From Octopus sinensis (lineage: Eukaryota): a stretch of 64,000 bases of DNA. Made by a program: the position numbers and the translations under genes. Each line of letters starts with the position of its first letter. Position 1 is the stretch's first letter. The stretch spans positions 152,830,001 to 152,894,000 of the forward strand of contig NC_042998.1 of assembly GCF_006345805.1 (NCBI RefSeq), given 5' to 3'. Shown here one piece after another: positions 22,737 to 36,700 of the stretch. The notes under the pieces were generated by a model. The model was not told where the DNA came from, did not search any database, and saw only the letters and a program-made list of their open reading frames with translations.

Positions 22737-23611
22737 CTAGCTTAAGGTGGCCCGCTCTACGCGCAGGTAAGAGTGTAGTTGTTACTTTCTGTTGCATCCT
22801 TTCTGTTTTTTATCACCACATTCTCCCTCTTTGTTTCTCTCTCACTCGCCCACTCTCTTACTCTTCCTTTCTCTCGGACTCTCCCTCGCTTTCTCTTACT
22901 CTCTATCTTTCTCTATCTATCTATCTCCCATTTATAAACAACAAAAGATCTTGAGTAAGTTGAGAAAGAAATATTTTGAAAGATCAATCATAAATATCAG
23001 GCAGTAACAACGAAAAGGTCTGCTTCAAAGCAGACAGCAAAACACTAACATTTAAAAGGGACAGACGAACTTGCGAGCTGAATAAAAATCGTTTAAATAT
23101 TGAAAACAAAAGTTTGAAGGGATAGAATCTGAGGATAGTATAGTCACCATGGCTGGCATTTCTTAACGACGGACAGCAACATAGTGGCAGTTTAACGGCT
23201 GGCATAAAATTTTGAACTTGATGTAAAAGAAAATTCCTAAACACTCAGCTTTGAAGTGATTCTTTCTCACGACAGTAGACTCACCATGGCAAGCACTCAA
23301 AACTTCTTCATCATGGATGGCAACACATTGACGATTTAAAGGCTGGCGCAATGTTTTTAGCTTCATGTAACAGAGAATTCCAAAACACCCGCTCCTGTAA
23401 ATTTTAATCCCCTTCCAGCCCCATTTAGATCCCTTTTCACATTTGGGTTGATATAACCCAATTTCATTCGGGTCTACTTTTATAAGGTGAGGAATTTTGT
23501 CCTAAAGGTCACGCCTTTCATTTGAGGAAAAAAATAGTTGCCATGCAAACTCGTCAGCACTTTTAACATAGGTGTGCATATTTTCAGCACAACCGACCAC
23601 ATAATGCACAC

Positions 23612-23658
<47 letters not shown>

Positions 23659-24107
23659 TATATATATGTGTGTGTGTGTGTGTGTACGCATTATATATAC
23701 AAATGTATACAAATCATATATATAAATTAAATTAGAGATAAAACCACCTTTAGGCAAATCAAACAGTGAAAACATAAACCAAAACATAAAAATTAAAATA
23801 TAATATACAAAATATATAAAATATAAAAATTTAAATTATTTAAATTTAAAATTAAAATTATTAATTTATATTTACAATTTAAAAAAAAATATATATAACT
23901 ATCAAAGAGCATTAAACAGTTTAATATACATAAATATAGACATATAGACTTTGTATATATACATTATATATACATATTTATATATAGAACACACACACAC
24001 ACACACACATATAAATTAACCCAATAAATCTCTGATTCATAATATTTGTTCCCAAGATTGTGTGGTGGTGGTGGCGATGATAATTCTCTCTAGGAATATA
24101 GACAGAC

Positions 24108-24143
<36 letters not shown>

Positions 24144-24525
24144 AGCGCTGTCGAAGACAGGGAGAGGGGAGATATAGGACGCTGTAAAACGATGTTATAA
24201 AGAGAAAATGAAGGGAAGGGAGGTAGATGCTGTGAAATGACGTTATAGATAGAAAGTGAAAGGAAGGGAAGAAAGAGAGTGAGGGATGGAGGAAGACAGA
24301 TACATAAAAGAATGAGAGTAGACTTGTCAAAGTGCGTTTTTGGCCCTAGCAACGACACCTTTTAAGATAGGGATTTCTAACCTAGCCCACTCGCATCCTC
24401 ACCTCATTTTACATGTCCCTGTAAATTTCGGAGTCAATCCGACGGGATCTAGTGGCCTTTAACCCGTTCTCAATGCCAAAACCAGACAAATAAACTTTAT
24501 GCATTTCAGAATTATAATATAGAGA
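22737..24525 (-). mobile_element. Non-autonomous Helitron (~1.8 kb, may be composite)
   Basis: Minus-strand 5' A|TCTCTATATTATAA at 24525, a GC-rich subterminal segment, and CTAG|T at 22737. Internal diverged duplication at ~23090-23390. Confidence 0.6.
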
Positions 24526-25087
24526 TATACATATATATATATATACATATATATCTATATATATACATATATATCTATATATATACATATACATATATAT
24601 ATATATACAATTAATATAGGATAAAATTTTTTTCGGAAAAAAAAAATTTTATCAATGGCCAGCATATCAAAAAATGCCTTTAAAGGTAAAATTTATACAT
24701 AATTTATACATAATTTACAAGATTTACATTATAAATTATAATGGTTATCAACAATTTTTTTGTTTCGGGGCACATTTGGCATTAGAATTTTTCTTCTGCC
24801 CTTATCTTGTAATTATATATATATATATGTACATATACATATATATATATATATATTATATATATAATACACATATATACACATATAACACCATAATACA
24901 TACATATATATATAATATATATATACACACATATATACATACATATATATATATATAGACATATATACATATAATACATATATTAATATACGTATATGCA
25001 TATTAATATATATATATACACAAATATATATATACATATATATATATATATACACAAATATATATATATATGCATATATATATATAT

Positions 25088-25735
25088 CTATATATATAAA
25101 ACTGAGAATGTGTGTCTGTCTGTCTCCCTAAAACTTGAGAACTACACAACCAATTTCATTCAAATTTTACACATGCCTTACTTAGGGTCCATGTAGTGTC
25201 ATGGGCAAAAAAATTTCTAACTTTTTGCCTAGAGCGAGCCCACAGCAATATCATATCTTCTCCACTATTTCAGTATTATCTCTTTACTCTTCTACTTGTA
25301 TCAGTCATGTGACTGTGGCCATGCTGGAGCAACGCTTTTAGTCAATCAAATCAAGCCCAAGACTTATTCTTTGTAAGCCTAGTACTTATTTTATCGGTCT
25401 CTTTTTTGCCGAATCGCTAAGTTATGGGGACGTAAACACACCACCATCGGTTGTCAATCGATGTTGGGGGGACAAAAACACAGACAAACACGCACACAGG
25501 TATATACATATACATACATAAACGACGGGCTTCTTTCAGTTTCCATCTACCAAATCCACTCACAAGGCTTTGGTCAGCCTGAAGCTATAGTAGAAGACAC
25601 TTACCCAAGGTGCCACGCATTGGGACTGAACTCAGAACCATGTGGTTCGTAAGCAAGCTACTTACCACACAGCCACTCCACCGCCTATTATGTGTTAAAA
25701 GTGAAACAAAAACATCTCTCTATTGTATGTATATG
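25088..25735 (+). mobile_element. Helitron-like non-autonomous repeat with a CORE-type SINE (~25290-25680, minus) inserted in it
   Basis: TCTATATATATAAAACTGAG start. The same element without the SINE is at ~58848-59080, where ccactatttcagt runs straight into gttaaaagtgaaac. Confidence 0.7.
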
Positions 25736-25825
25736 GATGTATATATATGTATATACATGTATATATATGGATGTATGTATGTATATATATATAAATATAT
25801 GTATATACATGTATATATATGGATG

Positions 25826-25863
<38 letters not shown>

Positions 25864-26267
25864 CATGTATATATATGGATGTATGTATGTATATATATAT
25901 AAATATATATAAATTTCGGTTATAAATATATATATATATATTGGTAAAAACGGTAAGATAACAAAAGAAAGAAAGAGAAAATGCAAGTGAAGATGTGTAC
26001 GTTTTCATAGTGACGTATAAGTACGCATGTGGGTCCGCGAGCGCACATGTGAGCGTATGACTAGCTGTGTTTTACTATGAAATTTTAATCTTATTTTATA
26101 TCAGTAGCAGAATTATAACACAGTAATTTCCCTTTATATAACGGTATTTTTTCATAGCGTATTTTCAGATGGCCAGATAACCGAAGAGATAGTGTTTTGG
26201 ATTTCCACTTTGGCAAGTTTTATCTTGACTATTGAGTAATTGTACATATTGGTTCTCAAATTTATCC

Positions 26268-27380
26268 AGAATCGCAGTGTGGTTTTAGAAGAAGCAGATC
26301 AACTACTGACATGATATTCTCCATACGCCAACTCCAGGAGAAATCCAGAGAGCAGAAAAATGCCATTATATATGGCCTTCATTGATCTGACAAAGGCTTT
26401 TGACTTGGTAAGTAGAAAAGGTCTCTTCATCCTGCTCCAAAAAATGGGATGTCCACTAAAGCTGCTGAGGATCATCAAATCTTCCCATGATGATATGCAA
26501 GGCACCATACAGCACAATGGTTCAACATCAGCCGCCTTCCAAATAAAAAATGGGGTAAAGCAAGGTTGTGTCCTTGCTCCTACATTATTTGGCATCTTCT
26601 CGCTGCTGCTGTCACATGCCTTTGAGATATCAAATGATGGAGTGTTTCTGCACAGTAGAAATGATGGGAAACTGTTCAATCTCTCGCGTCTGCATGCCAA
26701 GACCAAAAACAGAAGCGTCTTAATCAAGGAGATGCTATTTGCTGATGATGCCGCTCTGGTATCACACACACAAGAAGCCATACAACGGCTCATCAACTGT
26801 TTTGAGCAAGCATGTAGCAACTTTGGCTTAGTTATCAGCCTCAAGAAGACCAACATAATTTGGGTCGGGCTACATCGGACATCCCAAACACACTAATTGG
26901 AGACCACAGACTACAGAAGGTGGAGAAGTTTACCTATGTTGGCTCTACCGTCACCTACAACCTATCCCTTGATGCTGAGCTCAATATACGCATTGGCAAA
27001 GTAGCTGCTGTGATGGCCCAACTCTCCAAACAGGCACTGTATGGAAGTGAAAATTGGACGCCATACACACGGCAAGAGCGTTGCCTAAATATCTTTCACC
27101 CGCACTGCCTCCGGAAAATCCTACACATCAAATGGCAGAATCATGTCTCCAACAAAGATGTCCTCAAGCAAGCAGGAATACCAAACATGTTTGCACTCCT
27201 CACACAAAGACGTATGAGATGGCTTGGACATGTTAGCCGTATGGAAGATGGCAGAATCCCCAAGGACATACTCCTCAGAGAGCTTGCTAGGGGCACTGTG
27301 GGAAGACTGTTCTTACGATACAAAGATGTTTGCAAAAGGGACATGAATGCCTGCAACATCAATATTACCAACTGGGAAAG
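26268..27380 (+). mobile_element. BovB-like RTE fragment, near-identical to part of 60590-63312, with an internal deletion
   Basis: AFIDLTKAFDLV, GVKQGCVLAPTLF, MLFADDAAL, MRWLGHVSRMEDGRIPKDIL. Confidence 0.9.
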
Positions 27381-28427
27381 CGAGGCTGGCAACGGCCATG
27401 ATCGGATGGTGCTTTTTACATGCCACCGGCACAGGGGCCAGGCCAGGCTGGCAACGGCCACGATCGGATGGTGCTTTTTACATGCCACCGGCACAGGGGC
27501 CAGGTGAGGCTGGCAACGGCCACGATCGGATGGTGCTTTTTACGTGCTACTGGCACGGGGGCCAAGCGATGCTGGCAACGGCCACATTCGGATGGTTCGC
27601 TTACGTGCCACCAGCACTGGTATCACAGCGACAATTTCCATTGATGTTGATTGATTTCAATTTTGATTCTGATTCTCACTTGCCTCAACAGGTCTTTACA
27701 AGTAGAGTTTTGTGTCCCAAGAAGGAAAGGTATGCATAAGTGGACTGGCTACATCCCAGGTAGAGGCCATGGGTTATGGTCTCACTTGTCCTGCCAGGTC
27801 TTCTCACGCACAGCATACTTCCATAGGTCTCGGACTCTAGTCATTTCCTTGGTGAGACCTAAATTTCGAAGGTCATGCTTCACCACCTCGTCCCAGGTTT
27901 TCCTGGGTCTACCTCTTCCACAAGTTCCCTCAACTGCTAGGGTGTGGCACTTTTTCACACAACTATCTTCATCCATTCTCGTTACATGACCATACCAGCG
28001 CAAACGTCTCTCTTGCACGCCACAACTGATGCTTCTTAGGTCCAACTTTTCTCTCAAGGTACTTACACTCTGTCGAGTATGAACACTGACGTTACACATC
28101 CATTGGAGCATACTGGCTTCATTTCTTGCGAGCTTACGCATATCCTCAGCAGTCACGGCCCATGTTTCACTACCATGTAGTATGGCTGTTTGTACGCTCT
28201 CTGAACTTTGCCCAGGCTATTCTTACTCTAGCAGTTACACTTTCAGCACACCCACCCCCGCGACTGATTTGGTCACCAAGGAAACGGAAGCTATCAACTA
28301 TTTCTAGTTTTTCTCCCTGGAATGTGGTGGGAGTTGGTCTCTGCGCATTTTCAGTGTTTATTGCTCCTGAGCATCTGCCACATACAAAAACTATTTTCCT
28401 AGTTAGCCTTCCTTTGACATTGCTACA

Positions 28428-28430
<3 letters not shown>
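27380..28430 (-). mobile_element. PHD-type RTE fragment (RT C-terminus plus 3' UTR with four ~50-bp modules)
   Basis: ORFs 27782-28156 and 28170-28484 match 20442-21338. Confidence 0.9.
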
Positions 28431-28454
<24 letters not shown>

Positions 28455-28466
<12 letters not shown>

Positions 28467-28630
28467 GCGACAAGTTTCTTTCATTTTCTATCTGCCAAAT
28501 CCACTCGCAAGGCTTTGGTCGCCTGAGGCTATAGTAGGAGACACTTGCCCAAGGTGCCACGCAGTGGAACTGAACCCGGAACCATGTGGTTGGTAAGCAA
28601 GCTACTTACCACACAGCCACTACTGCGCCT
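28455..28630 (-). mobile_element. CORE-type SINE 5' half
   Basis: Reverse complement of ggcgcagtagtggctgtgtggtaagtagcttgc..ggttcagttccactgcgtggcaccttgggcaagtgt. Confidence 0.8.
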
Positions 28631-29041
28631 GTATATATATATATCCTAGTTTAATTAAGCACATCTTTTTAACACGTGTGTATTCAATTTGTTTATAGTC
28701 TGCAATTGGTTATTACCGGCAGTGTAGGTGAAGAGGGGTAACTCTAACAGGGTGAAAAGGGAGCTAACTCCTACAAAATTTTTATCTGACTAGATGGGGT
28801 GGTTTAAAAATGTATTATGGCTAATAATTATTTTATTGCTAGAATTTAGGAAGTTCTTGAATCTAGAAGGGGCCATATGTATGTGCAAAGTGTATTATTA
28901 GGGAATGTTGGGGGCGAGTGGGTTTGCATGGTGGCTATTTGTGTGTAAGTGTTAAGGTTTCCCAGTTAATTATACTTATATAGATGAGTATTCAAGTTTG
29001 GATTATGAAAGTCATAGGGGCCTGCATGAAGACAAGAGGGG

Positions 29042-29257
29042 CTAGTCTACAGATATTTTGAAAATACCTGGTCCTGAATTTAGATGGAGTGGATGGTATC
29101 TTTGGTGCAATACAATTGTGGCCGGTTCTGACATTTGTATAACACTCAATGTCACAGATAGGTACTGGTTCATAGTTGTCAAGATCTCATTGTTAGCGGA
29201 ATCAAGGAGATCCACATTGAAATCACCAAGGATGATAGTCAGATGATTCCTTAGCAA
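29042..29257 (-). pseudogene. Old LINE APE-endonuclease fragment
   Basis: TIILGDFNVDLL motif. Confidence 0.55.
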
Positions 29258-29767
29258 AGATAAAAGAGGTATCTGTCTACTTACGTAATTAAACCTACCT
29301 ACCTACCTACTTTACATCCCTCTGTGGTCAGTATAGTATCAATCATCCCTCAGGACTTCATAGATACATGAGTAAAATTACTAATAGAGAAACGAAAATA
29401 AAACTTTGGAAACAGCAACGCCACCACAGGTTATATGGAAGCGATGAACATGTTTTCAAGGGAGATAATCAAAGAACGTAACATTGTAATATTTCATGTA
29501 AAGTAAATATAAGAAATGAAAAATCCTTCAAGAATCCATAAAAATTCCCAGATCAATACCAAAATGTCATCATCTGTTGCTTATCTCATTACCAACTTTT
29601 CCTGCAAGTTTCATCAAATACCATTCACAACTTTTTGAGTTATTTTGCACACAGACGGACAAACCAATGCCGATGAAAACATAACCTCCTTCCTTGGCGG
29701 AAGTAATAACATCATTCATTTTAACCTATGAGCAAAATGTGAATTTTATAACTTAGCAGACAATTAT

Positions 29768-29874
29768 ATCACCTGATGAAGTTTCTTCTTCACTGTGTAA
29801 TGCATTTGACTTCATTATATTGTTACTGACCCATAAAGGAGCAGTGCAAAGTATGCCAAAACGATCGTTGTGAT
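29768..29874 (+). ncRNA. Decayed hammerhead ribozyme (GAAA mutated to AAAA)
   Basis: AUCAC-CUGAUGA...ccAAAA-C-GAUC-GUU-GUGAU: stem I perfect, stem II unclear. Confidence 0.5.
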
Positions 29875-30168
29875 AAATAAAGTTCCCAATACACTGTTTT
29901 CCATATCAGTCGTTTAGAATATATATATGTATAAATATATAATGATGATGGTCGTCCACTCATGATCAAGGAAGACCATTGTTGACCTTCAGGGACATTG
30001 TGCGCTCTAGGACTAACCTATATTTTGCATTTGTGGCATGGTTGGTGACTAATGAGCCCTGCTCTTGACAAGCATACACGACTGCAAATATTGCAAACCA
30101 AGCTTTCCCCATTCACTACATCAGCAGTGCGCTTTCGAGTAGCACACTTCAGTTCTTCATATACATAC

Positions 30169-30207
<39 letters not shown>

Positions 30208-30208
30208 C

Positions 30209-30241
<33 letters not shown>

Positions 30242-30246
30242 ATATA

Positions 30247-30283
<37 letters not shown>

Positions 30284-30440
30284 CATATATATATATACAT
30301 ATATATACATATACATATAATATATATATATAATATACATATATATATACATATACATATATATACGTTTAAATATTTGTTGTGCAAGATTTTTTATTGG
30401 CTAAACTGGCAATATGACCATTCCGAAATATAACAAATAC

Positions 30441-30472
<32 letters not shown>

Positions 30473-30674
30473 ACATATACATATATATATATACATACAT
30501 ATACATATATATATATATATATATATACATATACTATATATTATACATATACATATATATATATATACATATACATATATATATATACATATATATATAT
30601 TACATATACATATATATATATATACATATACATATATATAATATATAATATATACATATATTATTAATATATAC

Positions 30675-30711
<37 letters not shown>

Positions 30712-30849
30712 TCTATATATATATATACATATATTATATATATACATATATATATATATACATATATATACATATATATATATATATACATATATTACAT
30801 AATATATATATATATATTATATATATATATATATACATATTTATATATA

Positions 30850-31985
30850 TCATCATTTCATCATTTAGCGTCCCGCTTTCCATGCTAGCATGGGTTGGAC
30901 AGTTCAACTGGGGTCTGTGAAGTCAGAAGGCTGCATCAGGCCCAGTCTGATCTGGCAGTGTTTCTACGGCCGGATGCCCTTCCTAACACCAACCACTCCG
31001 TGAGTGTAGTGGGTGCTTTTTACGTGCCACCGGCACAGGTGCCAGACGGAGCTGGCAAACGGCCACGAACGGATAGTGCTTTCACATGCCACCGGCACGG
31101 GGGCCAGGCGAGGCTGGAAACGGACACAAACGGATGGTGCTTTTACGTGCCAGGCGAGGCTGGCAGGGGACACGAACGGATGGTGCTGTTACGTGCCACC
31201 GGCACGGAGGCCAGACGGGGTGGAGCCGGCAACGGCCACGATCGGATGGTTCGCTTAACCACAGCTGCAACTTCCACTGATGTTGATCGACCTCAATTTT
31301 GGTTCTGCTTTCTGATATCTGATTTGATTTGGTTTGATTTTGATTTTGATTCTGACTGGTCTTCTCACGCACAGCATACTTCCAGAGGTCTCAGTCTCTA
31401 GTCATTTCCTTGGTGAGACCTAAAGTTCGAAGGTCGTGCTTCACCACCTCGTCCCAGGTTTTCCTGGGTCTACCTCTTCCACAGGTCCCCTCAACTGCCA
31501 AGGTGTGGGACTTTCTCACACACCTATCTTCATCCATTCTCGCCACATGACCATACCAGCACAATCGCCTCTCTTGCACACAACTGATGCTTCTTAGGTC
31601 CAACTTTTCTCTCAAGGTACTTACACTCTGTCGATTATGAACACTGACATTACACATCCATGGAGCATACTAGCTTCATTTCTTGCGAGCTTACGCAATC
31701 CTCACAGTCACAGCCCAAGTTTCACTACCATGTAGCATGCTGTACGTACACATGCATCATACAGTCTGCCTTTACTTTGAGCGAGAGGCCTTTTGTCACC
31801 AGCAGGGTAAGAGCTCTCTAAACTTTGCCCAGGCTATTCTTACTCTAGCAGTTACACTTTCACACACCCGCCCCCGCTACTGACTTGGTCACCTAGGTAG
31901 TGGAAGCTATCAACTACTTCTAGTTTTTCTCCCTGGAATGTGGTAGAAGTTGGTCTCTGCATATTTTCAGAGTTTATATACATAT
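30850..31985 (-). mobile_element. PHD-type RTE fragment with complete 3' UTR and tail
   Basis: ORF 31391-31657 RRLCWYGHVARM..GRGRPRKTW; catcatttagcgtcccgctttccatgctagc tail. Confidence 0.9.
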
Positions 31986-32005
31986 ATATACATATATATA
32001 TATAT

Positions 32006-32274
32006 AAAATGCAGACGGCTAGCTTGATGGATTCTCCGAACTTTCAGAACAAGAGAGAAGGAGACACTGATGGTCCTATGGAAAACATTCGTCCTCAGCC
32101 ACTTGGACTACTGCTCCCAACTTTGGTCACCACACAATATAAAACAAACAGCAGAACTCGAAGCAATTCAGAGAAGCTACACAAAGAAAATCGTCTCAAT
32201 GCAAAATGTCAGCTACTGGGAAGACTGAAGGTATTAAACCTCTTCTCCTGGAGTGGAGGCGGGAGAGATATGCA
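32006..32274 (+). mobile_element. Fragment of a LINE A-subfamily copy running into the gap
   Basis: Near-identical to ~18601-18872. Confidence 0.85.
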
Positions 32275-32374
32275 NNNNNNNNNNNNNNNNNNNNNNNNNN
32301 NNNNNNNNNNNNNNNNNNNNNNNNNNNNNNNNNNNNNNNNNNNNNNNNNNNNNNNNNNNNNNNNNNNNNNNNNN
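32275..32374. other. Assembly gap (100 N)
   Basis: Direct read. Contiguity across it is unverified. Confidence 1.
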
Positions 32375-32423
32375 TATATAATGTATATATATATACATAT
32401 AATTATATGTATATGTATATATA

Positions 32424-32473
<50 letters not shown>

Positions 32474-32498
32474 ATATATATATATATGTGTGTGTGTG

Positions 32499-32548
<50 letters not shown>

Positions 32549-32549
<1 letters not shown>

Positions 32550-35500
32550 GCGCTTGTACGGTCGCACATTGGCGCACTTGATGCCATCTTTGAGAACGAG
32601 CGGGGCAAAGATGGCAAGAATGGAGACGATGAAAGAAGTCACCCCCACCTGGTGGACGCCCGGGAGGAGGTTTTGAATGAGAAACCTGCCCGGGAAGTGA
32701 ACCCAGGTGCAAGTTCTCCAACCGGCAGCAAGGGCCATGGTGACGGAGAACCCGGTGAAGAGGTAGAGGGAGGAAGAAGAACTAAAAGAAGGACTGGAAG
32801 AGCTAAAGGAAAAGAAAAAGCTCAAGCAGGACCAAAGGGTGAAACAACCAGGAATAGAAGTGGAACCGCAAAGGATGGAACCAAACAGCGCACACGGGTG
32901 TGTATGTTCTACCTGAGAGGTTCCTGCTGGCATGGAAAGGAAGGTGCAGGCTGCCGCTTTGCACATCGGGGACCCTGCCACAGAGACACGAGGCAGATGG
33001 ACAAACCATCAACACAAAGAAAAGGGATGGACCACGCACCACCTGCCTCAAAGCGGAGGTACGCAGATGTTGTGCGCGCCACAAACCGCCAACATGATGT
33101 TGTCGAAAGAGCAGCTGCTGAGCAACAATCTTTTTTGTGCATGGCACAAAAGATTGTACAGCAGCTGACCTGGCTTCATCAAACCCAAGCCCGCAGGTGG
33201 GACTACCCACTATATACCAGACCACCACAGCAAACAGACACAGGATGGACACCGCCGGCAACAACGTACACCTCACCTGGATGCTCCTACTGAACATCAG
33301 AGGACTGCAAACACTCAGTAACAGGACAAAGATCCCGTTCCTGAGAGACTTTGTTGCATGCAATCAAGCCTTATGCATAGCACTTACGGAAACGCACCTG
33401 AAACCGGACATAGCAGATGCGGAGTTACACATACCACAGTATGCTGTACTACGGACCGACAGGAAAGAAAGGAGTCATGGAGGTGTTGCTATGTACATCC
33501 GTGAGGACCTCACACCCCAGGTCCTCTTGTCATACTCAAACTCGGTGTGTGACACACTAATTGTACATATTAGGCAACTTGATGTAGTTGTGTGTGCTAC
33601 ATATCGCCCTCCAGATGCCCCAAGCCATGTGGGCAAGTTTGAAGACTGCCTTATAAAAATAGAAGAAATTCTAACCACATTAGAACAAACATAGGTGTGC
33701 TTCTTATGGGAGACTTCAATCTGCCCAATGTCAGATGGCCCGAGGGCCTTTCTCTCCCAGGAATGACAAGATGTGAACGAGGACAGGCGAGGTCCCTCCT
33801 GAACCTCATCAACACCCTGTACATGGAGCAGGTAATACTCCAACCAACCAGGGCAGGTAACACACTGGATCTCTGCTTCACAAATGACATGGATCTCATC
33901 CATAATGTGAAAGTGACACCGACACTACTCTCGGATCACAACATGATAGAGCTGACCATGTACGGGCCAAAAGAGAGCACGGACATGCAGCCTACAAGAA
34001 ACCCTCAAAATCTTTCCAGCTTGAACTACCATAAGGCAAACTGGAAACAAATTGAGAAAGAGATCCTCAAACAAAAACTGGCCTAAATGTCTCTCCTCGC
34101 CAGACATCGACATGAAACTTCAACAATTCATGTCTGTAATGCAAGCCATATGCTACAAATGTGTCCCAGAGAGAAAGGCCACTGTACACAAGAACAAAAT
34201 CCCCAGAGAGAGGAAAATTTTAATGAGACGGCGTACGAAATTTTCAAATCGCCTAAACAAACAGATTGAAAGCAGTGAAAAGTCCCGCCTAAAAATAAAA
34301 CTGTTGGAAATCGAAAAATGTCTGCAACTCTCCCATGAAAAAGAAAGAGCAGACAAAGAAGCCTGGGCTATAGAAAACATAAAAAATCTAACCCCAGAGC
34401 TTTCTACAGGTATGCCAAAGAAACAGCTACAGTGCACTGTAGAATAGGGCCACTCCTCGAAAAGGATGGCACACTTACAGGAAAACCAGTGAGGGTAAGT
34501 GAAATACTGAATGAGCAATTCAAGAGTGTTTTCACTCCACCCCTTGGGCATCTCCAAATCACCAATCCAACTGACTTTTTTACCACTGCAGATATAAAAT
34601 CAGAGGCGGCGACGATAGATTACATCGATATAAGGAAGAAGACGATGTAACCAAGGCTATAGATGAAATGAAAACAGACTCAGCTACTGGCCCCGATGGA
34701 TTCTCGGCAATCCTCCTAAAAGCATGTAAGAGAGTCCTAGCAAGACCACTGCAGTTCCTCTTTCAGAGCTTCCTTGCAGCTGGCAAACTTCCAGGAAAAC
34801 TGAAGGAAGGTAAAATATGCCCCATTCATAAAGGAGGTAGCAGAGCGGAAGCCAAGAACTATAGACCTATCTCTCTGACCTCACACATCAGCAAGGTCAT
34901 GGAACGAATAGTCAGAAGGAAGCTGATCACCTTCCTTGAAGAGAATGACTTGCTGCCCGACACCCAACATGGTTTCCGACCAGGGAGAAGCTGTTTAACT
35001 CAGCTCCTACAACACTATGACTGGGTGCTGAAACGGCTGCTCAACCACTCAAATGTGGAAGTCATATATCTCGACTTTGCAAAGGCCTTCGATAAAGTCG
35101 ATCATGGAATGATATGTCACAAACTGCGTGATCTCAACATAGTTGGAAAACTGGGAGAATGGCTTCATGACTTTCTGAAGGATAGAAGTCAGGTGGTAGT
35201 AGCCAATGGGGCCACCTCCATTAACACACAAATAGTGAGCGGTGTTCCGCAGGGCACTGTTCTGGGACCACTACTGTTCATAATGGCCCTCTCAGACATG
35301 CCCTCAGCCACGCAGAGAGCCACGATCACAAGTTATGCAGATGATACAAAAGTTTCACAGGCAATACAGAACCTTGAGGACACTAAACACCTGCAATGTG
35401 AGCTGGACGAAATATACAAGTGGGCTGAAAAGAATAGCATGCAGTTCAATGCTGGAAAGTTTCAAGCTTTATACTATCAGCATGCAAAACTGAATGCAAT

Positions 35501-36325
35501 ACCCAATGAATACACTGGACCCGGAGGGATTGCAATCCCAGAGGCACAATCAGTGCGTGACCTGGGTATTCACATGAGTGATGACGCGACCTTTCATGTA
35601 CATGTTGCTAAACTGACAATGAAATGTAGACGGCTGGCTGGATGGATTCTTAGAACCTTTAGAACAAGAGAACAAGAAACCATGATGGTCCTCTGGAAGA
35701 CACTTGTCCTAAGCCACTTTGACTATTGCTCTCAGCTATGGTCACCATCCAGTGTCAAGTTGATCACAGAACTTGAGGCGATCCAACGAAGCTACACGAA
35801 GAAGATAGCCTCTATGCAGAATGTAAGCTACTGGGAAAGACTCAAGAGATTAAAATTATATTCCCTGGAGCGTAGGCGGGAAAGATATGCCATAATATAC
35901 ATCTGGAAGATCCTGGAGGGAAGTGTCCTGAACTTTGGCATCGAGAGTTACGCAAATGCCAGAACTGGACGCCACTGCGTGGTGCCTAGGACTCCAAACC
36001 TGCCATCAAGATGTAGGACAAGATTCTGTGATAGCCTGGGCTTCCGAGGCCCACAGCTCTTCAATATCCTCCCGAAGAACCTGAGAGACCTGCATGGGGT
36101 GGATACAGATGTCTTTAAAATGAAGCTGGATCTCTTCCTGTCAGGTGTCCCAGATGAACCAACTTCTCGGCAGGAGGCGCAGATGAGGGCAGCTGCATCG
36201 AACTCTCTCATGCACCAAATAGCAGTTGCTAGAAAGCCTCCATGAAGTGAAACCAAGTAGCAACACCAAATGGCGGTGCCCCAGCATGGCCACAGCTCAT
36301 AAGCTGAAACTAGAATCAATCAATC
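32549..36325 (+). mobile_element. CR1/L2-group LINE copy B, 5'-truncated within ORF1, (AATC)n tail, flanked by (TA)n
   Basis: ORF1 YALVRSHIGALDAIF aligns with copy A YALIRQHMDTLDIIL; CCCH finger CMFYLRGSCWHGKEGAGCRFAH; APE at 33281 onward; 525-aa RT ORF 34668-36245. Confidence 0.9.
34668..36245 (+). CDS. Uninterrupted reverse-transcriptase portion of LINE B ORF2 (525 aa)
   Basis: ORF track: NYRPISLTS, QHGFRPGRSC, YLDFAKAFDKV, GVPQGTVLGPLLF, SYADDTK, DLGI, LERRRERY. Confidence 0.9.
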   Translation: MKTDSATGPDGFSAILLKACKRVLARPLQFLFQSFLAAGKLPGKLKEGKICPIHKGGSRAEAKNYRPISLTSHISKVMERIVRRKLITFLEENDLLPDTQHGFRPGRSCLTQLLQHYDWVLKRLLNHSNVEVIYLDFAKAFDKVDHGMICHKLRDLNIVGKLGEWLHDFLKDRSQVVVANGATSINTQIVSGVPQGTVLGPLLFIMALSDMPSATQRATITSYADDTKVSQAIQNLEDTKHLQCELDEIYKWAEKNSMQFNAGKFQALYYQHAKLNAIPNEYTGPGGIAIPEAQSVRDLGIHMSDDATFHVHVAKLTMKCRRLAGWILRTFRTREQETMMVLWKTLVLSHFDYCSQLWSPSSVKLITELEAIQRSYTKKIASMQNVSYWERLKRLKLYSLERRRERYAIIYIWKILEGSVLNFGIESYANARTGRHCVVPRTPNLPSRCRTRFCDSLGFRGPQLFNILPKNLRDLHGVDTDVFKMKLDLFLSGVPDEPTSRQEAQMRAAASNSLMHQIAVARKPP

Positions 36326-36336
36326 ATATATATATA

Positions 36337-36378
<42 letters not shown>

Positions 36379-36384
36379 TAAATA

Positions 36385-36700
36385 AATAATAAAATATTAG
36401 GGAATAAATCCAAACTTACAGGGAAAAATCAGATTTAGGATTGAATCTAATTTTATAGTAAAATATCATATTATATTAAATTAGAGATAAAACCACTATT
36501 AGGCAAATCATACAATGAAAAACTTAAGCCAATACATAAGATTAATTAATTTATATTATTTTAAATATATATCAAAATTATTAAAAAAAGATAATTAGTA
36601 TAACACTACGATTGTTTCATGGCTGTCCAATTCATAAAATTCGAGTTAGTCATTCTTCAGGTGATTGAAATATTTAACTTGGTGAGGTTTAATCAATAAT
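36385..36700 (-). mobile_element. Single (non-palindromic) relative of the 8233-8690 element, with a hammerhead at 36603-36665
   Basis: Shares aaatattagggaataaatcc..ttagagataaaaccactatt with 8233-8345. Minus strand reads UCAC-CUGAAGA-AUGACU..AGCCAU-GAAA-C-AAUC-GUA-GUG. Confidence 0.75.

Noticed and set aside
32206-32721. ORFs spanning the N run
   Set aside because: They cross an assembly gap and join unrelated LINE copies.
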